Source of the DNA: a virus
Taxonomy: Duplodnaviria > Caudoviricetes
Direction: 5' to 3' (one strand)
Length of the DNA stretch: 38,533 bases
IMG/VR virus record: IMGVR_UViG_3300034410_000409
Span: 1 to 38,533 of that record
Below the pieces are notes generated by a model. It ran no database searches. It worked only from the letters and a program-made list of their open reading frames with translations, and was not told where the DNA came from. Position 1 is the first letter of the stretch; every line of letters begins with the position of its first letter. The translations under genes were made by a program, and so were the position numbers. This document shows positions 1 through 8,674 of the stretch, piece by piece.

Positions 1-619
1 TTCGACTTCCGTCAAAATTATCAGTACGAGCATGATCTGGTTTGTATTCAAGTTCTGGATAAGCCTCTGCAAACTTTTCTAGAGTTTCACGTGGAATAAG
101 CATAAAGCCTGTACCACCTTCACCAATTTCCATAGGCTCATTCATTTTAAATGAACTTTGCTTAGCAACTGGATTAAAGACATAATCAGCTGAGTAATTT
201 TCTAGAGCAAACGGATTTTCATCTCCAAGACCTGCTTGTGCTGCCTTAGCAACCTTTTCCCATGCAATTGCTTTCTTAGGATAAGGACCAGTTACAACAT
301 TATATTTTTCTGGATCTTTTAAATTGACTGCCAATAGGCCTAGTACATCACGCGGTGAGAACGTAATGTCTGCATCAATAAACAATAAATGAGTACAGTC
401 AGATCTTAAGAACTCATCAACAATATAGTTACGTGCCCTCTGAACTAAGCTCTCATTAAATAGGTAATAGAAATGAATACCAATACCGTTTGTTGCACAC
501 ATCGTAGCAAGATCTGCCGTTGCTTTAGTATAGGTACCAGCACATTGAGCGCCATACATAGGTGTACCTATAAAGATTTTTTGTTTTCGTAATTCTTCAA
601 TACTTACTTCAATGTTCAT
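1..619 (-). CDS. GT-A fold glycosyltransferase-like protein (3' end beyond window)
   Basis: Hand translation from ATG at 619, overlapping the dexA stop (ATGA): MNIEVSIEELRKQKIFIGTPMYG...NESLVQRARN...THLLFIDADI...GPYPKK. Has a DxD motif and GT2-like N-terminus. Confidence 0.7.
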   Translation of the reverse strand, partial: MNIEVSIEELRKQKIFIGTPMYGAQCAGTYTKATADLATMCATNGIGIHFYYLFNESLVQRARNYIVDEFLRSDCTHLLFIDADITFSPRDVLGLLAVNLKDPEKYNVVTGPYPKKAIAWEKVAKAAQAGLGDENPFALENYSADYVFNPVAKQSSFKMNEPMEIGEGGTGFMLIPRETLEKFAEAYPELEYKPDHARTDNFDGSR

Positions 620-1260
620 ATTTCAATTTGCTCCATGTCTGCCTCAGCTCTAACAATTGTTTGTAATCGGAGTATATCCGCAGCAACATCATGTTTACTA
701 TCATGTGCTTTAAAGTTGTATTCCCATTTTGCTACATCGGACACAGGAATGAATCCGTTTTTACCGCCTGGCACGTTAAAGTCAAACTTAGCATCAATGA
801 ATGTACGAGTATCGCGTACAGCCCAATACTTAAGATACTGACCTAGTAATTCTTGTTTATTAGCATTTTGTGCAATACGATCTAGAATAACTGGATCAAA
901 AGAGTTTGATCTTGACCACCAATAATCTATTGGCTGTTCACTACGAAGATAATCAATAAGCTTTTCCATAAACTGTACTGCGCTAAGATCTTGCTGTGAT
1001 GGTTTCATATTTGTACGAAGTTCAGGTGGCTGATCTAACCACCATTGCAAATCACGTTCATTATATTTGCATCCATGATTTACCATTTGATCTTTAATAT
1101 CAAACTTAGCTTGTTGCATACCAAGCACAAGTTCTTTAAAGGAATAAGGATTATCACTAGTAAACCTTTCCCAATCAAATACGATATAAGAACAATCAAT
1201 TGCAGGTACTTCCCGCGAGTTTTGACCTATTGTTTCAAAGTCAATTATAAAATGTCTCAA
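616..1260 (-). CDS. dexA: DexA-like 3'-5' exonuclease (DEDDh)
   Basis: Motifs IIDFETIG, WSRSNSFDPVIL, VRDTRT and HDSKHDVAAD match T4 DexA. Confidence 0.85.
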   Translation of the reverse strand: MRHFIIDFETIGQNSREVPAIDCSYIVFDWERFTSDNPYSFKELVLGMQQAKFDIKDQMVNHGCKYNERDLQWWLDQPPELRTNMKPSQQDLSAVQFMEKLIDYLRSEQPIDYWWSRSNSFDPVILDRIAQNANKQELLGQYLKYWAVRDTRTFIDAKFDFNVPGGKNGFIPVSDVAKWEYNFKAHDSKHDVAADILRLQTIVRAEADMEQIEI

Positions 1261-2462
1261 AGAAATGCCTCCAGTGTAGAACCGCGTTCGATATAATCTG
1301 CTTTCTGTCTATGATTATACTGCATAACGAAGTCTGTGTCAACTGTTACTAGTTCATTATCTAAATATTTTTTAATTTCAGCCGCCATATCAGTCGCTGT
1401 TTGTACTGGAACGTTTTGACAAATGTGATTAGCATTCTTAGGTGATGCACCAACCAATTCAAAATCTTCAGGTAATCCCATAATAGTCATTGCTTCACGA
1501 TAGTTAATAAAGCGATCTTCATCAGGGTGAGCTAGCATTAAAGGATAATGACCAACAAAAGCACCAATACGATCTTTTGGAATTGTTACTCCACGTCGCA
1601 TAATACTTTTACCTGATTCTAATTTAGCATGTTTGTATTTGCATTTTTCTACTTCACGTTCATAACCATTCTTTTCCATCCATTCTGCTACTTGCAAATA
1701 GTTATAACCTTGTTGTTCAATATAACTATAAACACATGCGCCACGAGCTGAAGTTGGCTCAATAGCATTTGCATGTTCAGCATGAGTACGACCACCATGA
1801 ATTTCTTCTAAGATGAATCTGTAATATGGATTGTCTGTTGGCTTTTTCTTATGATTGATTACTTCAGTTTGGAAGTTAGACTTAACACCACGGATTACTT
1901 CCTCAATAGGAGTATGAGGCTTGTTGTAATAGCTTAAAAGAGGTGTGGTATTACCTTTCCAGAAGAAATAGAATGACCTCTCGCGTACTTGTGGTGACCC
2001 ATGCAATAGAGATTTAGTACGATATACGGACATTGTATATCCATTTGCTTTGCCAATTTCTTTCATTTGATTACGAATTGTTGCACCAATCTTACCAGCA
2101 AATCCAGGAGCATTCTCTCCCCAGAATACTTTTGGCTTATATTCACCTAAGATATAATTAGCTGTTTCGACCAACCATTTGTTATTTGCGTTATCATCTC
2201 CATATCCCATCGACATAGTTGATAAACCAGCACAAGGACATACCGAGGATACTACATCCGCACGTTCGTTAGTAGGTGGTGATTGATCCTTATCTAAAAC
2301 ATAATAAGGAATTTCATTATTATAATAATTTAAGATGTGACTATCGTTAGCAGCAAAAGCTTCATATGACATAAAGTGCAGTGGTTTAGTACCAAATGCT
2401 TTATGTGAACCAATAGTCTCTCCACCAATTAAGGGTACGATGGATGCGTGTGTATAACTCAT
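1257..2462 (-). CDS. Divergent C5-cytosine DNA methyltransferase-like protein
   Basis: Motif IV SSVCPCAG, motif VI GENAPG, motif VIII QVRERSF, motifs IX/X REAMTIMGLPEDF and ICQNVPV. Motif I is atypical (IVPLIGGE). Confidence 0.8.
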   Translation of the reverse strand: MSYTHASIVPLIGGETIGSHKAFGTKPLHFMSYEAFAANDSHILNYYNNEIPYYVLDKDQSPPTNERADVVSSVCPCAGLSTMSMGYGDDNANNKWLVETANYILGEYKPKVFWGENAPGFAGKIGATIRNQMKEIGKANGYTMSVYRTKSLLHGSPQVRERSFYFFWKGNTTPLLSYYNKPHTPIEEVIRGVKSNFQTEVINHKKKPTDNPYYRFILEEIHGGRTHAEHANAIEPTSARGACVYSYIEQQGYNYLQVAEWMEKNGYEREVEKCKYKHAKLESGKSIMRRGVTIPKDRIGAFVGHYPLMLAHPDEDRFINYREAMTIMGLPEDFELVGASPKNANHICQNVPVQTATDMAAEIKKYLDNELVTVDTDFVMQYNHRQKADYIERGSTLEAFL

Positions 2463-2932
2463 TTATTTTCTCCTGCGCATGCTTCTACTACACGATTCCT
2501 TAAATCGGTAGATGAAAACGAGTGCTTACGTTTGTTATAGTGAATAGAACATAAGCCAACACCTGTATGATCTGTGCCTTTATATTCCTCGCCAACAATT
2601 CTAACGTGTGGCTGAATAGTCAAAATCATATCGACGATTTCTTGTTCTGTACTAAATGGAATGACTTCATCAACAAAACGACAACCCGCCAATTGAACAT
2701 AACGTTCAAACGGAGTTTGGATTGGTTTATTTTTTGATTCAGGACGGTCAACCGTAGGATCGGTTAATAACCCGCAAATGAGATAATCACAAAGCTCTTT
2801 AGCTTCTTGTAGCATTACAATATGACCAGCATGCAATAAATCAAAAGTAGAACAGGTAAAACCAATTCTTACTTCTTCAACAGGCTTACCAACTTTTCTT
2901 GCTATCTCAGCTTTGTTTGTAAACATTATCAA
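2459..2932 (-). CDS. HxGH cytidylyltransferase-like nucleotidyltransferase (TagD/HldE-C family)
   Basis: FDLLHAGH, ER..QL..CRFVDEV, GEEY and FSSTDLR motifs. Confidence 0.85.
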   Translation of the reverse strand: MIMFTNKAEIARKVGKPVEEVRIGFTCSTFDLLHAGHIVMLQEAKELCDYLICGLLTDPTVDRPESKNKPIQTPFERYVQLAGCRFVDEVIPFSTEQEIVDMILTIQPHVRIVGEEYKGTDHTGVGLCSIHYNKRKHSFSSTDLRNRVVEACAGENK

Positions 2933-3941
2933 TACACTCCATAATAAAATCTTTGTTAGGGTGGTACTTATACACCCTAGTCACTTCAGCTGCTACCAAT
3001 GATATCAGCATATCTCTATTTATATCATTTGCCATAGCCAAATAATTTAAAGATCGACCGAATAGTTTCTTTGGGTACTTGTTAATTAATAGGCTTGCAC
3101 AAAACTTAGCAGCGTCGAGTTCAGTAGAACCAAACACATCACAAATTGGATCGATCAAATGAGCATCACAGTTATTGAATAAGATGTTTTTAATACCGAA
3201 ATCACCGTGAGAATATCCACGCTTTATTTTATATTTGTTTAAACTCGAAGCAACATCCATTAGTTTTTTCTGGCCTGAGTTTTTAGCGTGTTCTTCAATA
3301 CGATCAATATAACTACTAAATGTTATATAGGATTTATTATTAACAGGCTTTAATGATTTCATTTTATCTAACTGTGTTTGAACTGTAGCTAAAGCCATCC
3401 AAAAGTTTTCTTTAAAGAAGTTTTCATCGTGATCAATATAATCCATAGTAATTGTTTCACCAACAACACGATGAATAGCCGGTGTTTTAATACCAATCTT
3501 TTCAGCTCTTTCAAACCAATCACGTGTTTGGTGAGCATTATTATCTTGCTTATGTACTACTTTACCATCAGTAAAGATTTCACCACCAGATAATCCACCT
3601 TCAAGTTCACGAATATCTACTTCAAGGAAATCCTCAGGCATAATACCTTTATCATCAATATAGTAAGCTGCTAATGGTTTATCAAATGAGAGCATATTAA
3701 ACTTTACTTTGTGCTTATTCAACCATTTGAGCATGCTTTTTTCATACTTATCTCGAGCATCTTCACGAGTTTCACATGATATAGAACCACGTGCCGTAAA
3801 GATATCGATTTGCCAACCATCGGCGTGCAGCTTATTCAACTTCTTAATAAGAGGTTTGTTTGGTAAAGCCTTATCAAACTCGCGGTTTTGATGAAAGGCA
3901 AGTGTGTCGTCAAAATCTACTACAATACGTTTATGGTACAT
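2907..3941 (-). CDS. Fusion of an N-terminal HAD phosphatase and a C-terminal APH/choline-kinase-like phosphotransferase
   Basis: HAD motifs VVDFDDTL, FTAR, KP and YIDDK; kinase motifs HGDFGIKNILF and LIDP. Confidence 0.8.
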   Translation of the reverse strand: MYHKRIVVDFDDTLAFHQNREFDKALPNKPLIKKLNKLHADGWQIDIFTARGSISCETREDARDKYEKSMLKWLNKHKVKFNMLSFDKPLAAYYIDDKGIMPEDFLEVDIRELEGGLSGGEIFTDGKVVHKQDNNAHQTRDWFERAEKIGIKTPAIHRVVGETITMDYIDHDENFFKENFWMALATVQTQLDKMKSLKPVNNKSYITFSSYIDRIEEHAKNSGQKKLMDVASSLNKYKIKRGYSHGDFGIKNILFNNCDAHLIDPICDVFGSTELDAAKFCASLLINKYPKKLFGRSLNYLAMANDINRDMLISLVAAEVTRVYKYHPNKDFIMECIDNVYKQS

Positions 3942-5365
3942 TAAAAAAATCCCTCAAGTGTTGCACCCGTTTCTTTAGGTTCTTTGATTTCATTTTGTCT
4001 GCCATCAACAAGAGTGTATGCTTTTTCATTTAATACACTGCCTGGTGTTGATACAATAATCTCACCAGCTTCACGTCGTTGTTTTGCACTTGGAAAATAA
4101 CTTGAAATCCTATCTATAAAGTTTATATTATCACGCCTTTTTCCTTTTGTCAACACAAAATCTAAGAACTTAGGACCAAGCACTTCAATATCATTAAAGT
4201 TATAAACTAATTCTTGACAAGCCTTTGTACGTGCTTCCCACTCTTCTTTGTTATCATAAATTCTATTCAATTCTGCTGCTAACTCTTCTTCACATGTCGC
4301 TTCAGATATAAGTGGTCCATAGTATTCACCCCACTTTTTACCTTCAGGTGATACTGCGTTTTCAGCAAAGTGTTTACTGATAACAGGAAGAGATAAAAGG
4401 AATGATTCAATTACAGTATATTCCATACGATGGCCATACTCTTTTGGATCACCGAGACGATATCCACACCATGCTGCTGTAGAACTACCGAGTTGACTCA
4501 TTCCAAAATCATATTTGTAACTATCATATGCTGTAATAGTTGTACCAGTCTTTTCTTTTTCTTTGGCTGGTTCATAGTGTTCGCCAGCAGAATTTGTACC
4601 AACAAATTTAATCTTTGGTTGATATGATTTATGGTAAGGTGCTGCATCAGTGGCAAGAGTTTTAGAGTTTGGATCTCCAATAGATGAGATAGAACGTTCA
4701 CAACCCATCAAAGTTAAATCCCAGTCATTCTTTAGATATGGTTCAATACGACAGATCATACCTGGATCTTTAAGTGTTGACATACGACCCATGTACATAA
4801 AGTGCTTTTTACGATCTTCAAGGGATGCGCGATGTTTGTCGTATTCACCAGTACGAACCCATATTGGATTCTCCATTAGTCGACCTTCAAGGCCCGGATC
4901 AGTGTGCAGATAACACTCGTTAGAGTAACCTTCAAATGATTGTGTAACACCAATGTCTGCTAAAGAAAACAACTCAGCGGCTTGTGTTTGTCTGTTAATA
5001 GTGTTCTTTGTAATAGCATGGTCGTGTATTACAATGATTGGATCTCCAATGCCTTCGACAAATTCACGGAAACGATCGATGTACTTTCCATTTTTGCGGG
5101 TTGGGAATGAGTGTATGATTGCAATGTCGCAAGTGTTTACTTCATCAAGTACTGGCTGTGCGTCTTCAAGTTCATGATCAGATTCAACGCGGTGAATAGT
5201 ACTTTTCCATTCAGTATCTTTAGCACGACCAAATTTTTGTTTATTATCAAAATCAATTACAATGGTTTCATGTCCTTGTGATACCAACCACGATTCAAAT
5301 ATGTTTGCACCTTTAGTAACGCCGCATCCTTCGATGCCCTTTCCAAAGATAAAAGCAACTTTCAT
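3941..5365 (-). CDS. agt: DNA alpha-glucosyltransferase-like GT-B glycosyltransferase
   Basis: GIEGCGVTK, HDH, GR..TLK, GCERS and MEYTVIE parallel T4 AGT motifs GLEGCGVTK, HDH, GR..TWK, GLERS and LEYTHLE. Confidence 0.8.
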   Translation of the reverse strand: MKVAFIFGKGIEGCGVTKGANIFESWLVSQGHETIVIDFDNKQKFGRAKDTEWKSTIHRVESDHELEDAQPVLDEVNTCDIAIIHSFPTRKNGKYIDRFREFVEGIGDPIIVIHDHAITKNTINRQTQAAELFSLADIGVTQSFEGYSNECYLHTDPGLEGRLMENPIWVRTGEYDKHRASLEDRKKHFMYMGRMSTLKDPGMICRIEPYLKNDWDLTLMGCERSISSIGDPNSKTLATDAAPYHKSYQPKIKFVGTNSAGEHYEPAKEKEKTGTTITAYDSYKYDFGMSQLGSSTAAWCGYRLGDPKEYGHRMEYTVIESFLLSLPVISKHFAENAVSPEGKKWGEYYGPLISEATCEEELAAELNRIYDNKEEWEARTKACQELVYNFNDIEVLGPKFLDFVLTKGKRRDNINFIDRISSYFPSAKQRREAGEIIVSTPGSVLNEKAYTLVDGRQNEIKEPKETGATLEGFF

Positions 5366-5375
5366 TATATAACTC

Positions 5376-5738
5376 CTATATTAAATATTCTTTGCATTCA
5401 GCTAAAATTTGTTTTACAAGCTTCTTGTCATTCATTTGCCGATTAAGTGGCGATGGATGCGGGAGCCTGAAGTGTGATTTATTTATGACCGATAAACAGT
5501 TGCTCGCAAAAACTCCTAAAGCTAAAACCTTAGAATGATCTTCAACTAAACCTCTCAGTCTGTCAAAATCAACATCCTTCATTTTAACTTTACCCTTTTG
5601 AGTTACTACGTTAGCAAAGCTATAATTGTTGATACCAAGATCATCACACCACTCGTTAAGGCGAACTATAGTATGACCTTTATACGTAGCAGTCTTTGGA
5701 TTGTTACCAGGATTTTGACCAATTACTAATACACTCAT
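5376..5738 (-). CDS. Small uracil-DNA-glycosylase-fold protein
   Basis: UDG superfamily motifs [14 protein letters not shown] and LPHPSPLNR; only 120 aa. Confidence 0.7.
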   Translation of the reverse strand: MSVLVIGQNPGNNPKTATYKGHTIVRLNEWCDDLGINNYSFANVVTQKGKVKMKDVDFDRLRGLVEDHSKVLALGVFASNCLSVINKSHFRLPHPSPLNRQMNDKKLVKQILAECKEYLI

Positions 5739-6061
5739 TCTACAAACTTCTCAAATTTATGTGGTATGTTTTCCCATTCATAAGCATCCTCTAACGGAGC
5801 TTTTTCTTCATCGATGTTTGGCCATATCTGACTATATTTAGCATTTCTTTCCATCCAAATAATTTTATCTGGTTCAGGTAGATCTACATCAGATACAATC
5901 GCATCAACTGGACATTCCGGTACACATATTCCACAGTCAATACATTCATCAGGATTAATAACCAACATATCAGGTCCTTCATAGAAACAATCTACAGGAC
6001 AAACTGATACGCACGTGGTGTGCTTACATTTTACACAATTGTCGGTAACTAAATAAGTCAT
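5735..6061 (-). CDS. fdxA: 7Fe ferredoxin (FdxA type), 108 aa
   Basis: [29 protein letters not shown]...[13 protein letters not shown]. Start placed at MTYLV (6061), downstream of the deaminase stop. Confidence 0.92.
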   Translation of the reverse strand: MTYLVTDNCVKCKHTTCVSVCPVDCFYEGPDMLVINPDECIDCGICVPECPVDAIVSDVDLPEPDKIIWMERNAKYSQIWPNIDEEKAPLEDAYEWENIPHKFEKFVE

Positions 6062-6069
6062 AATACTTA

Positions 6070-6546
6070 TTATACACCAAGAATTGTAACTTGTACACCG
6101 CTTTCTGAAAACATTGGCAAAGAATGTTCTTCCCAAACTTTTTGCCATTCGGCTCGGTCAGTTTTATCAGTTGGAATTACTATTTCTTTAATGCCGGCTT
6201 GTATAACACACTTAGCACAATCAGGACAAATAGGCAATCCATGTACATACATCGTTGAACCTTTAAGGCTTACACCTGAATATAAAGCATTCATAAGAGC
6301 GTTCATTTCAGCATGAACTACAAGCTTATGTTTTAATTCACGAGTGTTGAGCCTTACTTCGGTATCATCAATACCCTTTGGAAATCCATTATAGCCTGTT
6401 GCTAGGATTCTTCGCTCATCATTAACGACTACACAACCAATCTTACTTGATGGATCTTTACTCCATGTTGCAATCATCTCGGCCATATCCATAAATCGCA
6501 TATGCCATTTGTCGTTATTCTTTAAAAAGATTACGTTATCGTTCAA
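6070..6546 (-). CDS. cd: dCMP deaminase
   Basis: [23 protein letters not shown] and PICPDCAK zinc motifs. Confidence 0.92.
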   Translation of the reverse strand: MNDNVIFLKNNDKWHMRFMDMAEMIATWSKDPSSKIGCVVVNDERRILATGYNGFPKGIDDTEVRLNTRELKHKLVVHAEMNALMNALYSGVSLKGSTMYVHGLPICPDCAKCVIQAGIKEIVIPTDKTDRAEWQKVWEEHSLPMFSESGVQVTILGV

Positions 6547-6886
6547 AGAGAGTACTCCATTGTTCTAGTTTCTTTTTCTTAACAGCAATTCTTTGATCTA
6601 TTTCTGCTTGAGAAACGAGATTAAATTCTTTGAGTAATTCAATCATTGCTGCCACGTCACCAATTTCATCTTTTAAGTTATTGGTAAACTTTTCTTGCAG
6701 GGCTTTAGTTCTTATTACTTTACTACAAGCTTGTGTTAACTCACCGCATTCTTCCATAGTAATAACTAACAGCTCATCAATCTTATTTGATTTTATAAGC
6801 TGATTAGCACGTCGGTCTGACTCGCGGAAATAAGAATCATACTCTTTTTCTTGTTGCTCAAGAACGTAAGCGCCCATTTTACTCAT
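6536..6886 (-). CDS. MazG-like nucleotide pyrophosphohydrolase
   Basis: MEECGELTQA...DEIGDV acidic motif. Confidence 0.8.
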   Translation of the reverse strand: MSKMGAYVLEQQEKEYDSYFRESDRRANQLIKSNKIDELLVITMEECGELTQACSKVIRTKALQEKFTNNLKDEIGDVAAMIELLKEFNLVSQAEIDQRIAVKKKKLEQWSTLFER

Positions 6887-6887
6887 G

Positions 6888-7598
6888 TTATTCTACCAAG
6901 TTGAAGTGTCGGTCATACACGTGTAAGTTCATTACTTGCCAGATAAGATCACCTTTAGTAATGCTGTTGATTGCAGGTGTACCGAATGTATTCATGTTAT
7001 TATCAGCAGCTTCAACGTTATATTCTTTAACGAACTTATCCATTAGATACTGAGCCCATGCGTAATCATTTTTATAGCCAAAGACTACGTCATTAGAGCG
7101 CATTTGAGATACCATATGTAGTTTACCATCACGAATATAAAAGGTCTGAGCGTTAGTACAGATGAAATCAGACTTACCGTTTTCATTGTATTCGGCCCAG
7201 ATAGATGGACGATTATAGACCATTTGAGCACGACGTGAATCAGGATTTTGAAGCAATTCATTCATAGCATTTCGGTATTGATTGAAGTACTTATCAGAAT
7301 AAACAATATGGCCATAGTTTGAATTGATTTCACCAACGTCATTAGCTGAATATTGCCAAGCCATTGGTGGTTCTTTTTCATCACCATGAATATCATTAAT
7401 GTTCGTTGATTGGCTTTCATACCAGTCGAGTTCAGCTTGGATATACTTAGGAGCTGGTTTACCAAAGATTGCTTCTTCATCAGCAACAAAAGATGCGCCG
7501 AGCATCTCAATAGTTTTAGCACCTGTTTTATCAGTAGTAAATCTTTCAGCAGCTAATTCGCTTTTGAAATATTCACGTACGTCACTTACTTTCATCAT
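6888..7598 (-). CDS. 42: dCMP hydroxymethylase (gp42-like, thymidylate synthase fold)
   Basis: DFICTN and MRSNDVVFGYKNDYAW versus T4 gp42 DFMCTN and MRSNDVVFGFRNDYAW; dCMP-specifying Asp present; NLHVYDRHF. Start could be 7619, 7604 or 7598. Confidence 0.88.
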   Translation of the reverse strand: MMKVSDVREYFKSELAAERFTTDKTGAKTIEMLGASFVADEEAIFGKPAPKYIQAELDWYESQSTNINDIHGDEKEPPMAWQYSANDVGEINSNYGHIVYSDKYFNQYRNAMNELLQNPDSRRAQMVYNRPSIWAEYNENGKSDFICTNAQTFYIRDGKLHMVSQMRSNDVVFGYKNDYAWAQYLMDKFVKEYNVEAADNNMNTFGTPAINSITKGDLIWQVMNLHVYDRHFNLVE

Positions 7599-7722
7599 CG
7601 CCATAATAATATCCTTCATTCGAGTTTGATTCTAGGTCTTCTACAATTCTATAAAGATCTTGTAGCTTTTCGATATCATTTTTATTTTCAGTATCGATCT
7701 GAATTTCTATTTTTATAATCAT
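7582..7722 (-). CDS. Small acidic hypothetical protein (46 aa)
   Basis: Hand translation MIIKIEIQIDTENKNDIEKLQDLY...; fills the operon gap exactly. Confidence 0.6.
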   Translation of the reverse strand: MIIKIEIQIDTENKNDIEKLQDLYRIVEDLESNSNEGYYYGDDESK

Positions 7723-7724
7723 AA

Positions 7725-8054
7725 TTATTCATTGTAATCAGTTTCTTTGTTAAATCTATCATCAAAATCTTCAGCAGTAGCTTCGGCTTGACACATGATA
7801 AGTATCATCATTTGTGTAAGAGCGTGATGAGTGTGTGGTAATCCACTTTCAGGATCAATATCTTCGCCTGAGTTCCAAGCTAAGAGATGTCGCATGATTG
7901 ATCCATAATGACGTGTTGATGGAAACTTATTAACATCTTTACGCCAATTATTTTTGCCATACTTTTGAGCACCAAAAGCAAACACTTCAGCCGCAGCAAT
8001 AATAGCTTCAGATGGAACGAGATCAATTGGTGGTTTGTCGTTATCAAACTTCAT
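7725..8054 (-). CDS. dATP/dGTP diphosphohydrolase-like protein (DUF5664 family)
   Basis: KFDNDKP, GAQKYGKNNW, RHL.AW and DPESGLPH motifs. Confidence 0.85.
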   Translation of the reverse strand: MKFDNDKPPIDLVPSEAIIAAAEVFAFGAQKYGKNNWRKDVNKFPSTRHYGSIMRHLLAWNSGEDIDPESGLPHTHHALTQMMILIMCQAEATAEDFDDRFNKETDYNE

Positions 8055-8065
8055 AATATATCCTT

Positions 8066-8674
8066 TTAATATACGCTTTCATTATATACAGAGCGTGGGT
8101 CACCGTTTTTATTGTAGAAAAACTTAAGCTTTTTGTTACCATACTGATCGACAATAAAGTTGTTATCGAACTTAGTATTACATGGTCTAAGGTTTTCACG
8201 AATAGTATCAAAAGGTGCAACACATCTCCATCTTACATCATAAGTATTTTCAGATAATTTATTATAACATCCAAAGATAACAATGTCAACACATTTTGGA
8301 TAGAGCTTGCGATTGCGAGCTAGCTTTTGTCCCATATAGTTTGAGATCGTAAGCCACTTGGTTTCGTATTTTTTGCCTACAGGATCTGCAGCATTCTTTA
8401 CTTCGCATCTAAATCCATTCCAATCAACATCCCAGTTATGAGATGAGGGAACAGTGTGGTCAAACTCAGCGGGATTCATTACACCACCTTGTCGAACCAA
8501 AGCAAATTCAAGAATGACGCCAGCCTTTGTGTGAGCATATACAGTTTCATAGCTACGGTCACGTCTACGTACGTCGCAAGCATACATTTCTTTAGCCATA
8601 GTTTCTATATGCGCCAACTCATCCTCGTTTAATTCAAGGATGAGAGGCTCTGGGAGGGTAAGCTTTTTAGGCAT
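8066..8674 (-). CDS. Putative PD-(D/E)xK nuclease
   Basis: Helix with G...E followed by WDV...CEVK; the family call is tentative. Confidence 0.45.
   Translation of the reverse strand: MPKKLTLPEPLILELNEDELAHIETMAKEMYACDVRRRDRSYETVYAHTKAGVILEFALVRQGGVMNPAEFDHTVPSSHNWDVDWNGFRCEVKNAADPVGKKYETKWLTISNYMGQKLARNRKLYPKCVDIVIFGCYNKLSENTYDVRWRCVAPFDTIRENLRPCNTKFDNNFIVDQYGNKKLKFFYNKNGDPRSVYNESVY

Noticed and set aside
635-5177. Several plus-strand and alternative-frame ORFs of 60-90 aa
   Set aside because: They are shadows of well-supported minus-strand genes, with no RBS or motifs. The same applies to similar ORFs across the window.
6062-6148. N-terminal extension of the ferredoxin in the ORF track
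   Set aside because: It overlaps dCMP deaminase, and the canonical FdxA start is at 6061.
6888-7619. Thymidylate synthase call
   Set aside because: The MRSNDVVFG..NDYAW signature with Asp matches dCMP-acting gp42 rather than ThyA. Hydroxymethylase versus hydroxylase activity cannot be settled from sequence.
7725-8054. Z-genome (2-aminoadenine) pathway suggested by the dATP/dGTP diphosphohydrolase
   Set aside because: No purZ is in the window and the context is cytosine modification.
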